Assembly: GCA_963592135.1 (NCBI GenBank)
Contig: CAVAVP010000015.1
Coordinates: 3,272 to 67,271, forward strand
DNA length: 64,000 bases
Reading direction: 5' to 3'
DNA from: a bacterium
GTDB lineage: Bacteria > Bacillota > Clostridia > Christensenellales > UBA3700
The position numbers and the translations under genes are program-made. Below are positions 47,225 through 57,642 of this stretch, in pieces. Position 1 is the first letter of the stretch. Every line of letters starts with the position of its first letter. The notes beneath the pieces were generated by a model. It was given only the letters and a program-made list of their open reading frames with translations. It was not told the DNA's origin and searched no databases.

Positions 47225-49147
47225 ATGGCTGTTCAGTATAAAGATGGGGAAATTATTGTAAGCAATTTATATCATGAAGCAACGTATTATGACGTAGCAA
47301 ATAATTTAATTACAGCTCAATTTGATGGAAAAGGGGCTATATCTAAATATGCTGTTATGAATAAATTTTCAGTATTTTCAGCATACTATACAATGTTTAG
47401 TGTAGATGGTGTAGCTTTTGATTGGAATGCAGAAAAAATAGTTGAGATGATTGGTAAGAAAATGGTGTCAAAATTTGGAAATAAGGATTTTGATATTGTT
47501 TTAACACAATTCCTTGATGATAACACAAATTGTATTTATTCAGAGTTTAAAGTTATTGCCAAAAAGGATATGGATTTTAGAATTACAAATAATTTTGGTA
47601 TAGATTTTAGATCATATCTAGAACAATTTTTAGCTAATAGATTAAGCATTGGTAATATTTGTAAAGTAATAGGTGGACTTGTTAAAAAGACGCCAAAAGT
47701 TAAAACTCATAATAATATCTCTTACGTAAGAGGTAATGTTATGGGAGATTTTTATTTAGATATTGCAACAAACTATGAGCTCGTAGCACTAGAAGCTGAA
47801 AGAGGATTTACAAATCAATTTGAAATCGGCTCAAAGATGAAAAAGGGTGAAACTAAAGTATTTAGGTACGCTTTATCTTGTGGAACAAGAGGAGATTTTA
47901 CTTATAGTGATGTTGTTGCGTGTTTGCTTGATTTTGATAATGCCTACATGAGAACTGAAAATTATATTAATTCTCTAAAATGCCCAGAAAGTGTAAATAG
48001 TGAATTTTTAAAGACATATTATAAATCTTTATTAAATGCATCACTTTCTAATTACAAGGAACTTGGGAAATTTAAAGGCTTTTTAGCAGGTATTGTTTAT
48101 CAATTCCCAGCAAGAACTTATTATAGAGATTCGTATTGGACCGTACTTAGTGTGCTTCCTGTTCAACCTCAGCTTGTAAGAAATGAAATTATTACTCTTG
48201 CAAACGGAATAAACAAAAAAGGTGAGTGTCCAAGTGCTGTAAAGTTTAACTTTAAAAATTATTGGGGCAATCACTATGATTCACCATCATTCTTCGTGAT
48301 GATGATTTATGACTATGTAGTTCATACAAAAGATAAGACAATTTTAACAGAGTCCGTTGCATGTGGAACGGTGCTTGAGAGCGCAAAATTAGTTATAGAT
48401 AGACTATATCAAGAAGTAGAAGAATCGACAGGACTTTTGCTAAAGGGTGGAGAATATAATAGAAGAGATTGGTGTGATAATGTTTTTAGATCAGTATATT
48501 GCACATATGATGAAGTACTATACGCTAGAGCTTTATATTGCTTAGGAGATATTTATTCTTTATTTGATCAAGATTTATCTAATAAATATTTAGCAATGTC
48601 TCAAAAGGTGAAAGATAGTATAAATAAATATCTTTGGAATGAAGAAAAAGGTTGGTATGTAAACTATAAGTCTAAAGATTTTACAGAAGATAATTTGTCT
48701 ATAGACACGGTAGTGGCTGCATTGTATGGAATAGCTGATGATAATAGAGCAAAAAGAATGCTATCTAATATGGAAAAATATCTAGAGTCTAAAAATAACA
48801 AAGAGCAAATTGCTGGTGATTTTGGAACTTTAAGTGTTTATCCATTCTATAAGAATAATAGAGATATTGTACAAAAGTCATCGCTTCCATATTACTATCA
48901 TAATGGAGGGGACTGGCCATATCTATCTTGCATTTACGCATATGCAAAATTGATGTATAATATGGATTATATGTATCCACTGACAAGATGGTATGAATAT
49001 AATATTGAAAAGGGGAATTATACTCCAATTGAATTCTTTAATCCATTGCAAAAGGATGGTTCGCTTTTACAAGCATGGTCGTCAACTGGAGCTTTTGTGT
49101 TAAGTTATCCAAAGGGAGATTTCTTTAAGAAAAAGATTGAAAAATAA
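47225..49147 (+). CDS. (alpha/alpha)6-barrel glycoside-hydrolase-like protein (GDE_C / GH63-like), specificity unknown
   Basis: C-terminal half has YYRDSYWT, RRDWCDN and YYHNGGDWPYL blocks, which resemble amylo-alpha-1,6-glucosidase/GH63-type barrels. The N-terminal beta-rich domain is unassigned. Confidence 0.55.
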   Translation: MAVQYKDGEIIVSNLYHEATYYDVANNLITAQFDGKGAISKYAVMNKFSVFSAYYTMFSVDGVAFDWNAEKIVEMIGKKMVSKFGNKDFDIVLTQFLDDNTNCIYSEFKVIAKKDMDFRITNNFGIDFRSYLEQFLANRLSIGNICKVIGGLVKKTPKVKTHNNISYVRGNVMGDFYLDIATNYELVALEAERGFTNQFEIGSKMKKGETKVFRYALSCGTRGDFTYSDVVACLLDFDNAYMRTENYINSLKCPESVNSEFLKTYYKSLLNASLSNYKELGKFKGFLAGIVYQFPARTYYRDSYWTVLSVLPVQPQLVRNEIITLANGINKKGECPSAVKFNFKNYWGNHYDSPSFFVMMIYDYVVHTKDKTILTESVACGTVLESAKLVIDRLYQEVEESTGLLLKGGEYNRRDWCDNVFRSVYCTYDEVLYARALYCLGDIYSLFDQDLSNKYLAMSQKVKDSINKYLWNEEKGWYVNYKSKDFTEDNLSIDTVVAALYGIADDNRAKRMLSNMEKYLESKNNKEQIAGDFGTLSVYPFYKNNRDIVQKSSLPYYYHNGGDWPYLSCIYAYAKLMYNMDYMYPLTRWYEYNIEKGNYTPIEFFNPLQKDGSLLQAWSSTGAFVLSYPKGDFFKKKIEK

Positions 49148-49163
49148 TTGGGAGGGGTTAATT

Positions 49164-50834
49164 GTGAGTGAAACAACATCAACAGAAGAAGTTGTCTTAG
49201 AAAACGATGGTTCTGCATGTTTGTCTGAGGATCAAAAAAGAGTAATGAGCAAAAAGTATTTATCCGGAAAGGATTATACTTTATTCTCGTTAGCTAGATT
49301 TGCATCTTCTGCGGTTACAGGCTTGGTTCAAGGTTATTTGCTATACTTTTACACTTCATGTATAGGTATTTCAGCAAGTGCAGTAGGTGTAATGTTTTTA
49401 GTATCAAAAATATTTGATGGTTTAAATGATCCTATAATGGGTGTTATTGTAGATAAAACTAGAACTAAAATGGGGAAAATGAGGCCTTATTTATTGGCGG
49501 GCGCAATTCCATGGGGAATTATAACTATTCTTATGTTCTTACCTCAGATATATGCTGGCATGAATATGTCGGGTAAAATTGCTTATATGTACGTTACATA
49601 TTTGCTTTATGGTATTATGGGAACAATTATAGGTGTACCTCTTGATGGTATTCCGGCTGTAGCGTCTCCAAATACTGATGAGAGAGCAAAAATAATTTCT
49701 ATAAGCCGTGTTTTAGGAAGTATTGGTGAACAATCAGCTTTAGTTTTACTTACATTTTTCTTGCTACTTACACATGATGATTATACAAGTTCATATATGT
49801 GGATGGGGATTATTATAGGTGTGCTTGGGCCTCTATTTATGGTTCTTGGATGTTTATCTATAAAAGAAAGATTAGAGCCAACAAAGCAAACACCAAGTAT
49901 GCTTGAAGGTTTTAAATATTTATTTAAGAATAAGCAATTTTTCCTATTAATTTTGTCTAATTTGCTTACATTCTTTAGAAACTTAGTATCAGCAATGATA
50001 GTTTATGTAGTTTCTTATGTAATTGCTAAAGGCTCTCTTCAAATAGTATTTTCACTCCCAGGTGCCATCGCCTCTATGATAGGTATGATGATAGCCCCTA
50101 AACTTAGAAAATTAATGGATTCCAAGAAATTGTTTATACTTGCAACAATTTGGCATTCTGCAGTATTAGCTTTAATATTCTTTATTTGCTTAATTGTAGG
50201 TGTAGATAAGCTTCCTACAACATGGGGATGGATTATGCTTGCAGGATTAATGTTCTTTGCAATGATTCCAGTTGGTATATTAAACGTAATACCACACTTA
50301 ATGGCAACAGATACTCTAGATTATTGGGAAGATAAAACAGGTGAAAGATGCGAGGGTATTACATTCTCGCTAATGAGCTTAAGAAGTAAGATATCTTCTG
50401 GATTTAAAGATTATGTTTTAGCATGGTTATTATCGTTCTTCTTATTTGCTCAACCAATGAGTTATATAACAAGTCATAAGCCTGTTCAAACTGAGTTTAC
50501 AAAAGTTGGATTAATTATGATTTATACAATAATTCCAGCAGTTACAAATTTGGTTTCTATAATTCCAATGTTATTCTATAAACTAAGCGGAAAGAAAATG
50601 GCAGAAATTCAATCAAGACTTGCTGTAACTCGTGCCGAATCAGCTTTAAGATTAGAAAAGGCAAATAGCGGCGAGACAGTTCAAGATATAAACATGGTAG
50701 AAGATGTTAAACAAGAGCCTATTCAAGAGACTGTATTAGAAACTTCTAAAGAGGAGCCTTCTATAGACGTTGTTAATAATGTTAAAAAAGATACATTATT
50801 AGATGTAAATAAAGAACAAAAGGAGGAAATATAA
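49164..50834 (+). CDS. GPH-family (glycoside-pentoside-hexuronide:cation) symporter with a hydrophilic C-terminal tail
   Basis: GGAGGGG RBS before GTG 49164. About 12 TM segments. Signature SKIFDGLNDPIMGVIVDKTRTKMGKMRPY. A ~70-aa acidic tail follows. Confidence 0.8.
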   Translation: MSETTSTEEVVLENDGSACLSEDQKRVMSKKYLSGKDYTLFSLARFASSAVTGLVQGYLLYFYTSCIGISASAVGVMFLVSKIFDGLNDPIMGVIVDKTRTKMGKMRPYLLAGAIPWGIITILMFLPQIYAGMNMSGKIAYMYVTYLLYGIMGTIIGVPLDGIPAVASPNTDERAKIISISRVLGSIGEQSALVLLTFFLLLTHDDYTSSYMWMGIIIGVLGPLFMVLGCLSIKERLEPTKQTPSMLEGFKYLFKNKQFFLLILSNLLTFFRNLVSAMIVYVVSYVIAKGSLQIVFSLPGAIASMIGMMIAPKLRKLMDSKKLFILATIWHSAVLALIFFICLIVGVDKLPTTWGWIMLAGLMFFAMIPVGILNVIPHLMATDTLDYWEDKTGERCEGITFSLMSLRSKISSGFKDYVLAWLLSFFLFAQPMSYITSHKPVQTEFTKVGLIMIYTIIPAVTNLVSIIPMLFYKLSGKKMAEIQSRLAVTRAESALRLEKANSGETVQDINMVEDVKQEPIQETVLETSKEEPSIDVVNNVKKDTLLDVNKEQKEEI

Positions 50835-50835
50835 C

Positions 50836-51921
50836 ATGAAAAAGAAAGTTTTATTATTAGCATCAACACTGCTTCTAATTGTTGTATTATCTTCATTTTT
50901 GTTTGCATGCTCAACAGAGACAAGACTTTCAACAAAAAGTTACAGCAAGCAAGTAGAGTATTACGAAGATTGTGTAAAGCAAGTTCAAAAATGTGAATCA
51001 ACATTAGATGAATTAAAATCTGAACTTTCAAAAACCAAGTTTAAAGCAGAGTTTGTTTTAGAAAGAAAGTATTATAGTACCGTAGATAATAACATTGAAT
51101 TTTTAGGTGCGGAGGGCATAAATAATTCAAATGCTGGTTTCGACAAGAGAAAAAACGAAACTGGAAGTTGTTGGATGATGGAAAATGTAAAATATGTTCT
51201 ATTATTTAATAATGGTTCATACAAGATAACAGCATCAGTTGCGGATCCGGTAAAGTATGATGATTATGATGAAGATAAGGTAGATTATAAAAACAATTAT
51301 GTGTTTGCATATATAAATGGTGAATATACACAAATAGGTGGGGATGTTGCTGTTGTACAAAAATATTGTATAAATATGATGTATGAATATATCTTTGGTC
51401 AGTTTACTTCAAAAGAATTTTTAGAAGCCTATGCAATATCAGCAGAGAAAGGATTTAGAATATATACGTCTATGATGCAATATCAATTAACTAGAGCTTA
51501 TGGGTATAATTCAGATGGAACAATTGACATAAGTAAAGTTTTAGATTATTCGCTAAATAAAGATAAGTTGTTATTCTCATCGCTAACAGAAAGCGCAGAT
51601 GGAAACGGGAAACTTACATATGTAGATAATGATGAAAATAAGGTTGATCCAACAAGTGAAGATGTTTCTTATTGGGACAACTATGGAGAGGATATTTCAT
51701 ATAATTTCTATAAGACAGCAGAGGTTGTAAACGATAGAATAACAATGACATATTCAAACTCTAAAAAGAAAATTGATTCATTTGAATATTACGGAGAAAA
51801 AGTGCTACCATATTACGCACAAAAGAGTGACTTTAAGACATATAGCATAAGACAGTGTGTGGTTGCAGAATCTACTCATTTTGTAGTAAATTTTGATTAT
51901 GAAGCAAATGTAGAATTATAA
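50836..51921 (+). CDS. Lipoprotein of unknown function, last gene of the sugar locus
   Basis: Signal peptide with lipobox LLLIVVLSSFLFAC. ATG lies 1 nt after the transporter stop. I recognise no domain. Confidence 0.65.
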   Translation: MKKKVLLLASTLLLIVVLSSFLFACSTETRLSTKSYSKQVEYYEDCVKQVQKCESTLDELKSELSKTKFKAEFVLERKYYSTVDNNIEFLGAEGINNSNAGFDKRKNETGSCWMMENVKYVLLFNNGSYKITASVADPVKYDDYDEDKVDYKNNYVFAYINGEYTQIGGDVAVVQKYCINMMYEYIFGQFTSKEFLEAYAISAEKGFRIYTSMMQYQLTRAYGYNSDGTIDISKVLDYSLNKDKLLFSSLTESADGNGKLTYVDNDENKVDPTSEDVSYWDNYGEDISYNFYKTAEVVNDRITMTYSNSKKKIDSFEYYGEKVLPYYAQKSDFKTYSIRQCVVAESTHFVVNFDYEANVEL

Positions 51922-51964
51922 AAAAGATGGGCAGTAAGTTGCCCATATTTTAAAAGGGGAATAT

Positions 51965-52444
51965 ATGAATATAAACGAATTTAGTAATGTTTTTGAAAAG
52001 ATTGGAAAAGAATGGATGTTAGTATCAGCAAGTAAAGACGGTAAGAATAATTGCATGACAGTATCTTGGGGTGGTCTTGGAGTTATGTGGGGTAAAAATG
52101 CAGCTTTTGTGTTTATAAGACCTCAAAGATATACTAAAGAGTTTATAGATTCTTCAGATTATTTATCTTTATCTTTCTTTACAGAAGATTACAGAAAAAT
52201 TTTATCTTTTATGGGAAGTAAATCTGGAAGAGATGTTGATAAAATTAAAGAACAAAACTTGCATTTGCTTGATGGTGAACTTGCACCTGTATATAAAGAA
52301 GCAAGCGTTACTTTAATTTGTAAAAAAATGTATAGACAATCGCTTAAAGAGGATTGTTTTATAGATAAAAATTGTGTAGATAAATGGTATCCAAATAAGG
52401 ATTATCATGACATGTATGTTTGTGAGATTATAGACATAAAATAA
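51965..52444 (+). CDS. Flavin reductase-like (FMN-binding split-barrel) domain protein
   Basis: The block GKNNCMTVSWGGLGVMWGKNAAFVFIRPQRYT is typical of this fold. Length 159 aa. Confidence 0.55.
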   Translation: MNINEFSNVFEKIGKEWMLVSASKDGKNNCMTVSWGGLGVMWGKNAAFVFIRPQRYTKEFIDSSDYLSLSFFTEDYRKILSFMGSKSGRDVDKIKEQNLHLLDGELAPVYKEASVTLICKKMYRQSLKEDCFIDKNCVDKWYPNKDYHDMYVCEIIDIK

Positions 52445-52458
52445 TTTTTAAGTATACG

Positions 52459-52635
52459 CTTTTACTTGTAATTGTTTATGTTGCTTTTATAAGTTTAGGT
52501 CTTCCTGATTCTATTTAATGGTCCGCTTGTCCTATTATACACATAGAGCTTGGTGTTTCTGTCTCCGCTATAGGAATAGTTACAATGGTAATCTTAGGCG
52601 TAATCATCATATCAAGTTTTTTTCTAACAAGTTAA
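52459..52635 (+). pseudogene. Remnant of an MFS transporter N-terminus (nonsense codon plus truncation)
   Basis: The frame reads LLLVIVYVAFISLGLPDSI*WSACPIIHIELGVSVSAIGIVTMVILGVIIISSFF, resembling TM1-TM2 of an MFS protein. There is no start codon and nothing downstream. Confidence 0.45.
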
Positions 52636-52790
52636 AAACAAGTCATAATTTTTTCTAAAATCAAGAAATTTACATATTTTTTACTTTTAAAATTAAGATT
52701 TTACATTCTTTATACATAAATCTCTATTGACCTATATTATTATATAAATGTAGGTTTTGGCCTAAGAATCAAAAACTAATGGAGGGATTT

Positions 52791-54968
52791 ATGAAAAAGA
52801 GATTACTTTTAGTTGTAGTTGCTATCGTTTTAGTAGTAGCTATGTGCTCATCTCTTGTTGCTTGTGCTAATAGCAATAACACTAATGCAAAGCCTGAAGA
52901 CAAAGGTAGTTCTTCATTTAATGTAAATGGTGGTTCAAGTACAAGTAGTTCAACAAAATTAATTCAAACAACATCCAAGGCTTCTTTTGAATTATATTCA
53001 ACAGAAGCTATCAATGAAACAGTAGCAGCAAGTGGTGTTAAGGTTATTAACTCAGAAACTGGTGCTGTTTTATATTCTGTAAAGGTTGCTGTTATTGATA
53101 AAGAAGGGAAGAGATTTAAATTATATGCACCTAACGGAGGGTACGATGTTGGTGGATGGTATGAAATCGAATTAACAGACTCTCGTTTATCTTTTGCTGC
53201 ATATGAAAATACAAAGAAAGTTTCAATGTACATTGTTAATGGCAATGTAAACGCTGGTTATACATCTAGTGTTAAATACAGCCAAGCTTTATATTTTAGT
53301 AATTTCTATACAAACAACGAAACTTCATATTTTGAATATAACTATGCAAGCGCAGGTCAGCTTCTAAACGTTGGTGATGTTGTACTTGTTGAAGATGATA
53401 CAAGCAAAGAATATGCAGCTTATAAGATTACTTCAGTAAAAGACTTAGAAGGTGGATATTGCTTATGTTCTTATTTAGCTCCAAAATATAACGAAATTTA
53501 TGAAACACTTGAGGTTTCAGAATCAGCAGCTGTTGGTACAGATGGCGTAGTTGAGTTTGAAACAGAAGCTATTCAAGAATTTGCAGATAACTTAGTTTCA
53601 GAAGCTTTAGAGTTCGGTTTAGGAACAGCTAAGGTTGCAATTGATGCTAAATTAGATGGAGATACAGTTAAACTTTCAGTTAAATTAACTATTCCTGATG
53701 TAGTTGAAACAGCAGATATGGTATTAACATTCAAGATAGATTCAAAGATTACAGCTGATACAGACATTAGTTTAAATACTATTGTTGCAGCAGCAAAGAA
53801 TGGTATTGATGTTACAGCTTATTTTGATAACACATTAACATTTGATGTTTCTATTGAAGATAGATTTGAAGCTTCAGAATCAGCTGAACTTGATGATTTA
53901 ATCAACAAGGTTGCTGCATTTATCAAGGGACTTGATGAAAATGATGTTGAAATCACGATGTTCACATGGACTGTACCTATTGGTAATGGTATTGCTGATG
54001 TTTCTTTTGATGTTAAAGCAACAGCTAACTTCTCTTTCTCTGGAAAGTTAGGAGTTGAATCTACATCTTCAGTTAAGTTTGCTTCAACAGTTACATACGA
54101 TCCATCTGCTGAAAATAATCAAGTTTCATTAAATACAACAAAACCTGAATTTGAATTCGAAACAGTTTCTGGACACATGGAAGGTGTTGCTGAAGTTAAA
54201 GTAGGTCTTTCTAGTGAAATTAAGTTTGAACTATTAGCAGGCGTTTTAATGTTAGGTATCGGTGCCGATGTTGGTAACTACAATAGAGTATATGCTGAAG
54301 TTATAACAGATAACTTATTAGAATCATTAAATGTAAATGGTGGTGCATACTTTGTAGGTGGTGTTTACTACAAGATTAAACTTTTATATGGTATCTCTAC
54401 ATTAAAGACAGGTTCTATTGATTTAAAGAGTGATGAAATCCAATTATACGAAGCTGGTTCTAAATATTATGTAAATCAAATTGATTCTCAAGAAATCACA
54501 GTTAGTGCTGAACCTGTTGACTTAAAGTTAAAGGGTACACAAACAGATATGGTTGCAAATTCAAAGGCTAAAACAGAAGCTGTAGATTTAAAATATGTAT
54601 CTATAGTAGATACTAATGGATATGTTCAATTAGTTGACGGAAAGATTTCTTTAACAGCCGCTGGTGTTGCTCAAGTTGCTAAACAAGCATTAAAGGGATA
54701 TTCAATTACAGTTAAGTATGGAACATTTACACAAACTATTACAATAAATAGTGTTGCTACAATTGAAAAGTCTGCTTCGGATGATTCATTCACTCTTACA
54801 GAACAAGAAGTTGGTACATCAATAGTTGCAGCTGAAGCTGAATATGCAGATGGCAGCGATGTTGTTTACTCAATCAATAATGGAGTTGTTACAATCTCTG
54901 GTGCTAAAGCTGGTGTAATATTCATCAAAGTTGACGGTAGTATCGTAGCTATGGTTGTTGTAAAATAA
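52791..54968 (+). CDS. Large surface lipoprotein (725 aa), unknown function
   Basis: GGAGGG RBS before ATG 52791. Lipobox MCSSLVAC, then an S/N-rich linker and a long V/T/E/A-rich beta-type sequence. Confidence 0.7.
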   Translation: MKKRLLLVVVAIVLVVAMCSSLVACANSNNTNAKPEDKGSSSFNVNGGSSTSSSTKLIQTTSKASFELYSTEAINETVAASGVKVINSETGAVLYSVKVAVIDKEGKRFKLYAPNGGYDVGGWYEIELTDSRLSFAAYENTKKVSMYIVNGNVNAGYTSSVKYSQALYFSNFYTNNETSYFEYNYASAGQLLNVGDVVLVEDDTSKEYAAYKITSVKDLEGGYCLCSYLAPKYNEIYETLEVSESAAVGTDGVVEFETEAIQEFADNLVSEALEFGLGTAKVAIDAKLDGDTVKLSVKLTIPDVVETADMVLTFKIDSKITADTDISLNTIVAAAKNGIDVTAYFDNTLTFDVSIEDRFEASESAELDDLINKVAAFIKGLDENDVEITMFTWTVPIGNGIADVSFDVKATANFSFSGKLGVESTSSVKFASTVTYDPSAENNQVSLNTTKPEFEFETVSGHMEGVAEVKVGLSSEIKFELLAGVLMLGIGADVGNYNRVYAEVITDNLLESLNVNGGAYFVGGVYYKIKLLYGISTLKTGSIDLKSDEIQLYEAGSKYYVNQIDSQEITVSAEPVDLKLKGTQTDMVANSKAKTEAVDLKYVSIVDTNGYVQLVDGKISLTAAGVAQVAKQALKGYSITVKYGTFTQTITINSVATIEKSASDDSFTLTEQEVGTSIVAAEAEYADGSDVVYSINNGVVTISGAKAGVIFIKVDGSIVAMVVVK

Positions 54969-54991
54969 TCTTAATTAAAATATAAAATTTT

Positions 54992-55030
54992 AGGAGTAGT
55001 TGTAAAGCTACTCCTATCTTTATTTATTGA
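54992..55030 (+). terminator. Rho-independent terminator after the 725-aa lipoprotein gene
   Basis: AGGAGTAG-TTGTAAAG-CTACTCCT stem-loop followed by a T-rich tail. Confidence 0.6.
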
Positions 55031-55077
55031 AATATTTATATATATAATATAAAATATTTAATGCAAGAGGAAAAAAT

Positions 55078-56250
55078 ATGAAGAAGACAATAGTAGTATT
55101 AACAACAATTATTATGATTATTTCTATGGTATTTGTATTTGTATCATGTAAAGATAAAACTAAGCAGGTAGAATTAAAATATTATGAAGATTCTGAATTT
55201 GGTTTATTCTTTTATGGAACTAATCATGATGCCTTATATAATAGAACTTCAAATGGTTATGATTTAGTTGGAACTGTTGATATGGTTCGTGCTAAAGATG
55301 CGGTTTCAAATATAGATTATTTTGATTCGGAAAAACCTACAATAATATGGGTACATGGTTGGGAGCCAGATGCTATACCTACAACGGATTATGTATTATG
55401 TTTAGGTGGTGATACTCAAAAGAATATAGATATGGACAATATGTCATATCCTAAATATTTAAGAGAATTAGGATATAACGTTGCTACATTTAATTATTGT
55501 GGTGACGGTACAACTAGAAATTATGCTAATAGTTTACCAGATATATATTATTATGCATTTGCTTCAGTTGATGGGTACGAAGAATCTTTAGCGTATTTAT
55601 TTGCCTCTGAACTTTGTTTAAATCTTAAAGATTATACAAAAGATATTACATATATAGGTCATAGCTGTGGAAGTTTTGTGACTCTTGCTGTAAATAATAT
55701 GGTAGATTATTTTATAACAAACGGTACAGTTACTAATAAAAATCTACTTGCATCAAGCATTCATTTAGCTGATCCTTATATAAATACAATGGGTGATACA
55801 CAATTTGAATATATATATGCTACAAATGAGCTAGTAAATGGTCGAAAAAAAGTTGAGGTTTGCCAAGATATTATTTGTAATTTATATGACAAATATTCAG
55901 TTCCTACTGTTGTTTACTTGGGAATGAGTGTTGCATCATCTGAGTTTAAAACAAATGACACAGAAAAGTATAACCTTATTGCTTCGAAATGTATTGTAGT
56001 AGATATGACAGGATTACAAAGTAAATACACAGGCGTTTTAGGCAGCGGTGGAGTTCATGTTATTGCTAGAGATTGGGTATTACAATCTGTAATGTCCGAA
56101 AAATTAAAAGATCAAAATGAAGATTTAGCACCATCTGCAAAACTAACAAAAGATGAACTTTTAAGTCTCGTTGGTAATCAATATAAACAAGTTAATAAAT
56201 CATTAAAATTAAATTCAGATTCTATGACAAAGGTAGATAGTTTAATTTAA
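55078..56250 (+). CDS. Lipoprotein with alpha/beta-hydrolase (lipase/esterase-like) domain
   Basis: Lipobox VFVFVSC. Oxyanion-region TIIWVHGW. Nucleophile elbow IGHSCGS (G-H-S-x-G). Confidence 0.65.
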   Translation: MKKTIVVLTTIIMIISMVFVFVSCKDKTKQVELKYYEDSEFGLFFYGTNHDALYNRTSNGYDLVGTVDMVRAKDAVSNIDYFDSEKPTIIWVHGWEPDAIPTTDYVLCLGGDTQKNIDMDNMSYPKYLRELGYNVATFNYCGDGTTRNYANSLPDIYYYAFASVDGYEESLAYLFASELCLNLKDYTKDITYIGHSCGSFVTLAVNNMVDYFITNGTVTNKNLLASSIHLADPYINTMGDTQFEYIYATNELVNGRKKVEVCQDIICNLYDKYSVPTVVYLGMSVASSEFKTNDTEKYNLIASKCIVVDMTGLQSKYTGVLGSGGVHVIARDWVLQSVMSEKLKDQNEDLAPSAKLTKDELLSLVGNQYKQVNKSLKLNSDSMTKVDSLI

Positions 56251-56253
56251 AAA

Positions 56254-56302
56254 TGAAAATATGCGTTTAATATGCATAAATATGCGTATAAAATATGAAA
56301 AT
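56254..56302. promoter_or_regulatory. Putative ArgR/AhrC operator (tandem ARG-box-like repeats) upstream of argG
   Basis: TATGC(G/A)T recurs at 56260, 56271 and 56281, and TATGA at 56294 (10-13 bp spacing). The core TATGCATAAATATGCGTA is 14/18 self-complementary. TGAAAAT flanks both ends. A candidate promoter, TTGATT-16-TACAAT, lies at 56324-56351. Confidence 0.45.
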
Positions 56303-56405
56303 AAAGTAAATTGTTGAATAAAATTGATTAAAAATAAAATTTATTTACAATTTATTCAAAAGAAATTAAAATATGTTTGAAAATAAAATTTAGGAGATAC
56401 TAAAA

Positions 56406-57632
56406 ATGAGTGAAATTAAGAAAGTAGTACTTGCATATTCAGGCGGACTAGATACATCTATTATTATTCCTTGGTTAAAGGAAAATTATAATAACTGTGA
56501 AGTTATTGCAGTTTCAGGTGATGTAGGACAAGGAACAGAACTTGATGGACTTGAAGAAAAGGCAATCAAGACTGGTGCTAGTAAGTTATATATTGAAGAT
56601 TTAAAAGACGAGTTTATTGATGATTATGTTTTTCCAACATTAAAAGCTGGTGCTAGATATGAAGGAACATATCTTTTAGGTACATCTTTTGCTAGACCAA
56701 TTATAGCAAAGAGAATTGCGGAGATTGCTTTAAAAGAGGGCGCTGATGCAATTTGTCATGGTTGTACAGGTAAGGGAAATGACCAAGTAAGATTTGAATT
56801 AACAATTAAAGCTATTGCTCCAAAAATGAAGATTATTGCTCCTTGGAGAATTTGGAATATTAAGTCAAGAGATGAGGAAATTGATTATGCTGAAGCACAT
56901 AATATTCCTCTAAAGATTAATAGAGAGACAAATTATTCTAAAGATAAGAACTTATGGCATTTATCTCATGAAGGAATGGATCTTGAGTCTCCTGCAAATG
57001 AACCACAATATGAAAAAGAAGGGTTTTTAGAGCTTGGTGTATCTCCTATTCAAGCTCCAGATAAGCCAACATATGTTTCAATTAGTTTTGAAAAAGGTGT
57101 TCCAGTTGCTGTTGATGGAGTAAAGATGAAGGGCTCAGATATTGTTGCTAAATTAAATAAACTAGGCGGCGAAAATGGTATTGGTCTTATAGATATAGTT
57201 GAAAATAGATTAGTGGGTATGAAATCTCGTGGAGTTTATGAAACTCCAGGCGGAACAATTCTTTATCATGCTCATGAAGTCCTTGAAACAATATGCTTGG
57301 ATAAGGAAACAATGCACTATAAACAACAAATGTCTTATAAATTTGCAGATATAGTATATAATGGCCAATGGTTTACACCGCTTAGAGAAGCATTATCAGC
57401 CTTTGTAGATAAGACACAAGAAACTGTAACAGGTGAAGTTAAATTAAAGTTATACAAAGGAAATATTATTAATGCTGGTGTTACATCTCCATATACATTA
57501 TACGACGAGGATGTTGCTTCATTTGGTGATGACGGTGGTGCATACGATCAAAAAGATTCTGCTGGATTTATTAACCTATTTGGATTACCAATTAAGGTTA
57601 AAGCCATGATGGATCAAAAGAGAAATAAATAA
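56406..57632 (+). CDS. argG: Argininosuccinate synthase
   Basis: [13 protein letters not shown]-terminal PP-loop. [13 protein letters not shown] block. Length 408 aa. Confidence 0.95.
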   Translation: MSEIKKVVLAYSGGLDTSIIIPWLKENYNNCEVIAVSGDVGQGTELDGLEEKAIKTGASKLYIEDLKDEFIDDYVFPTLKAGARYEGTYLLGTSFARPIIAKRIAEIALKEGADAICHGCTGKGNDQVRFELTIKAIAPKMKIIAPWRIWNIKSRDEEIDYAEAHNIPLKINRETNYSKDKNLWHLSHEGMDLESPANEPQYEKEGFLELGVSPIQAPDKPTYVSISFEKGVPVAVDGVKMKGSDIVAKLNKLGGENGIGLIDIVENRLVGMKSRGVYETPGGTILYHAHEVLETICLDKETMHYKQQMSYKFADIVYNGQWFTPLREALSAFVDKTQETVTGEVKLKLYKGNIINAGVTSPYTLYDEDVASFGDDGGAYDQKDSAGFINLFGLPIKVKAMMDQKRNK

Positions 57633-57642
57633 GGAGTTCTAA

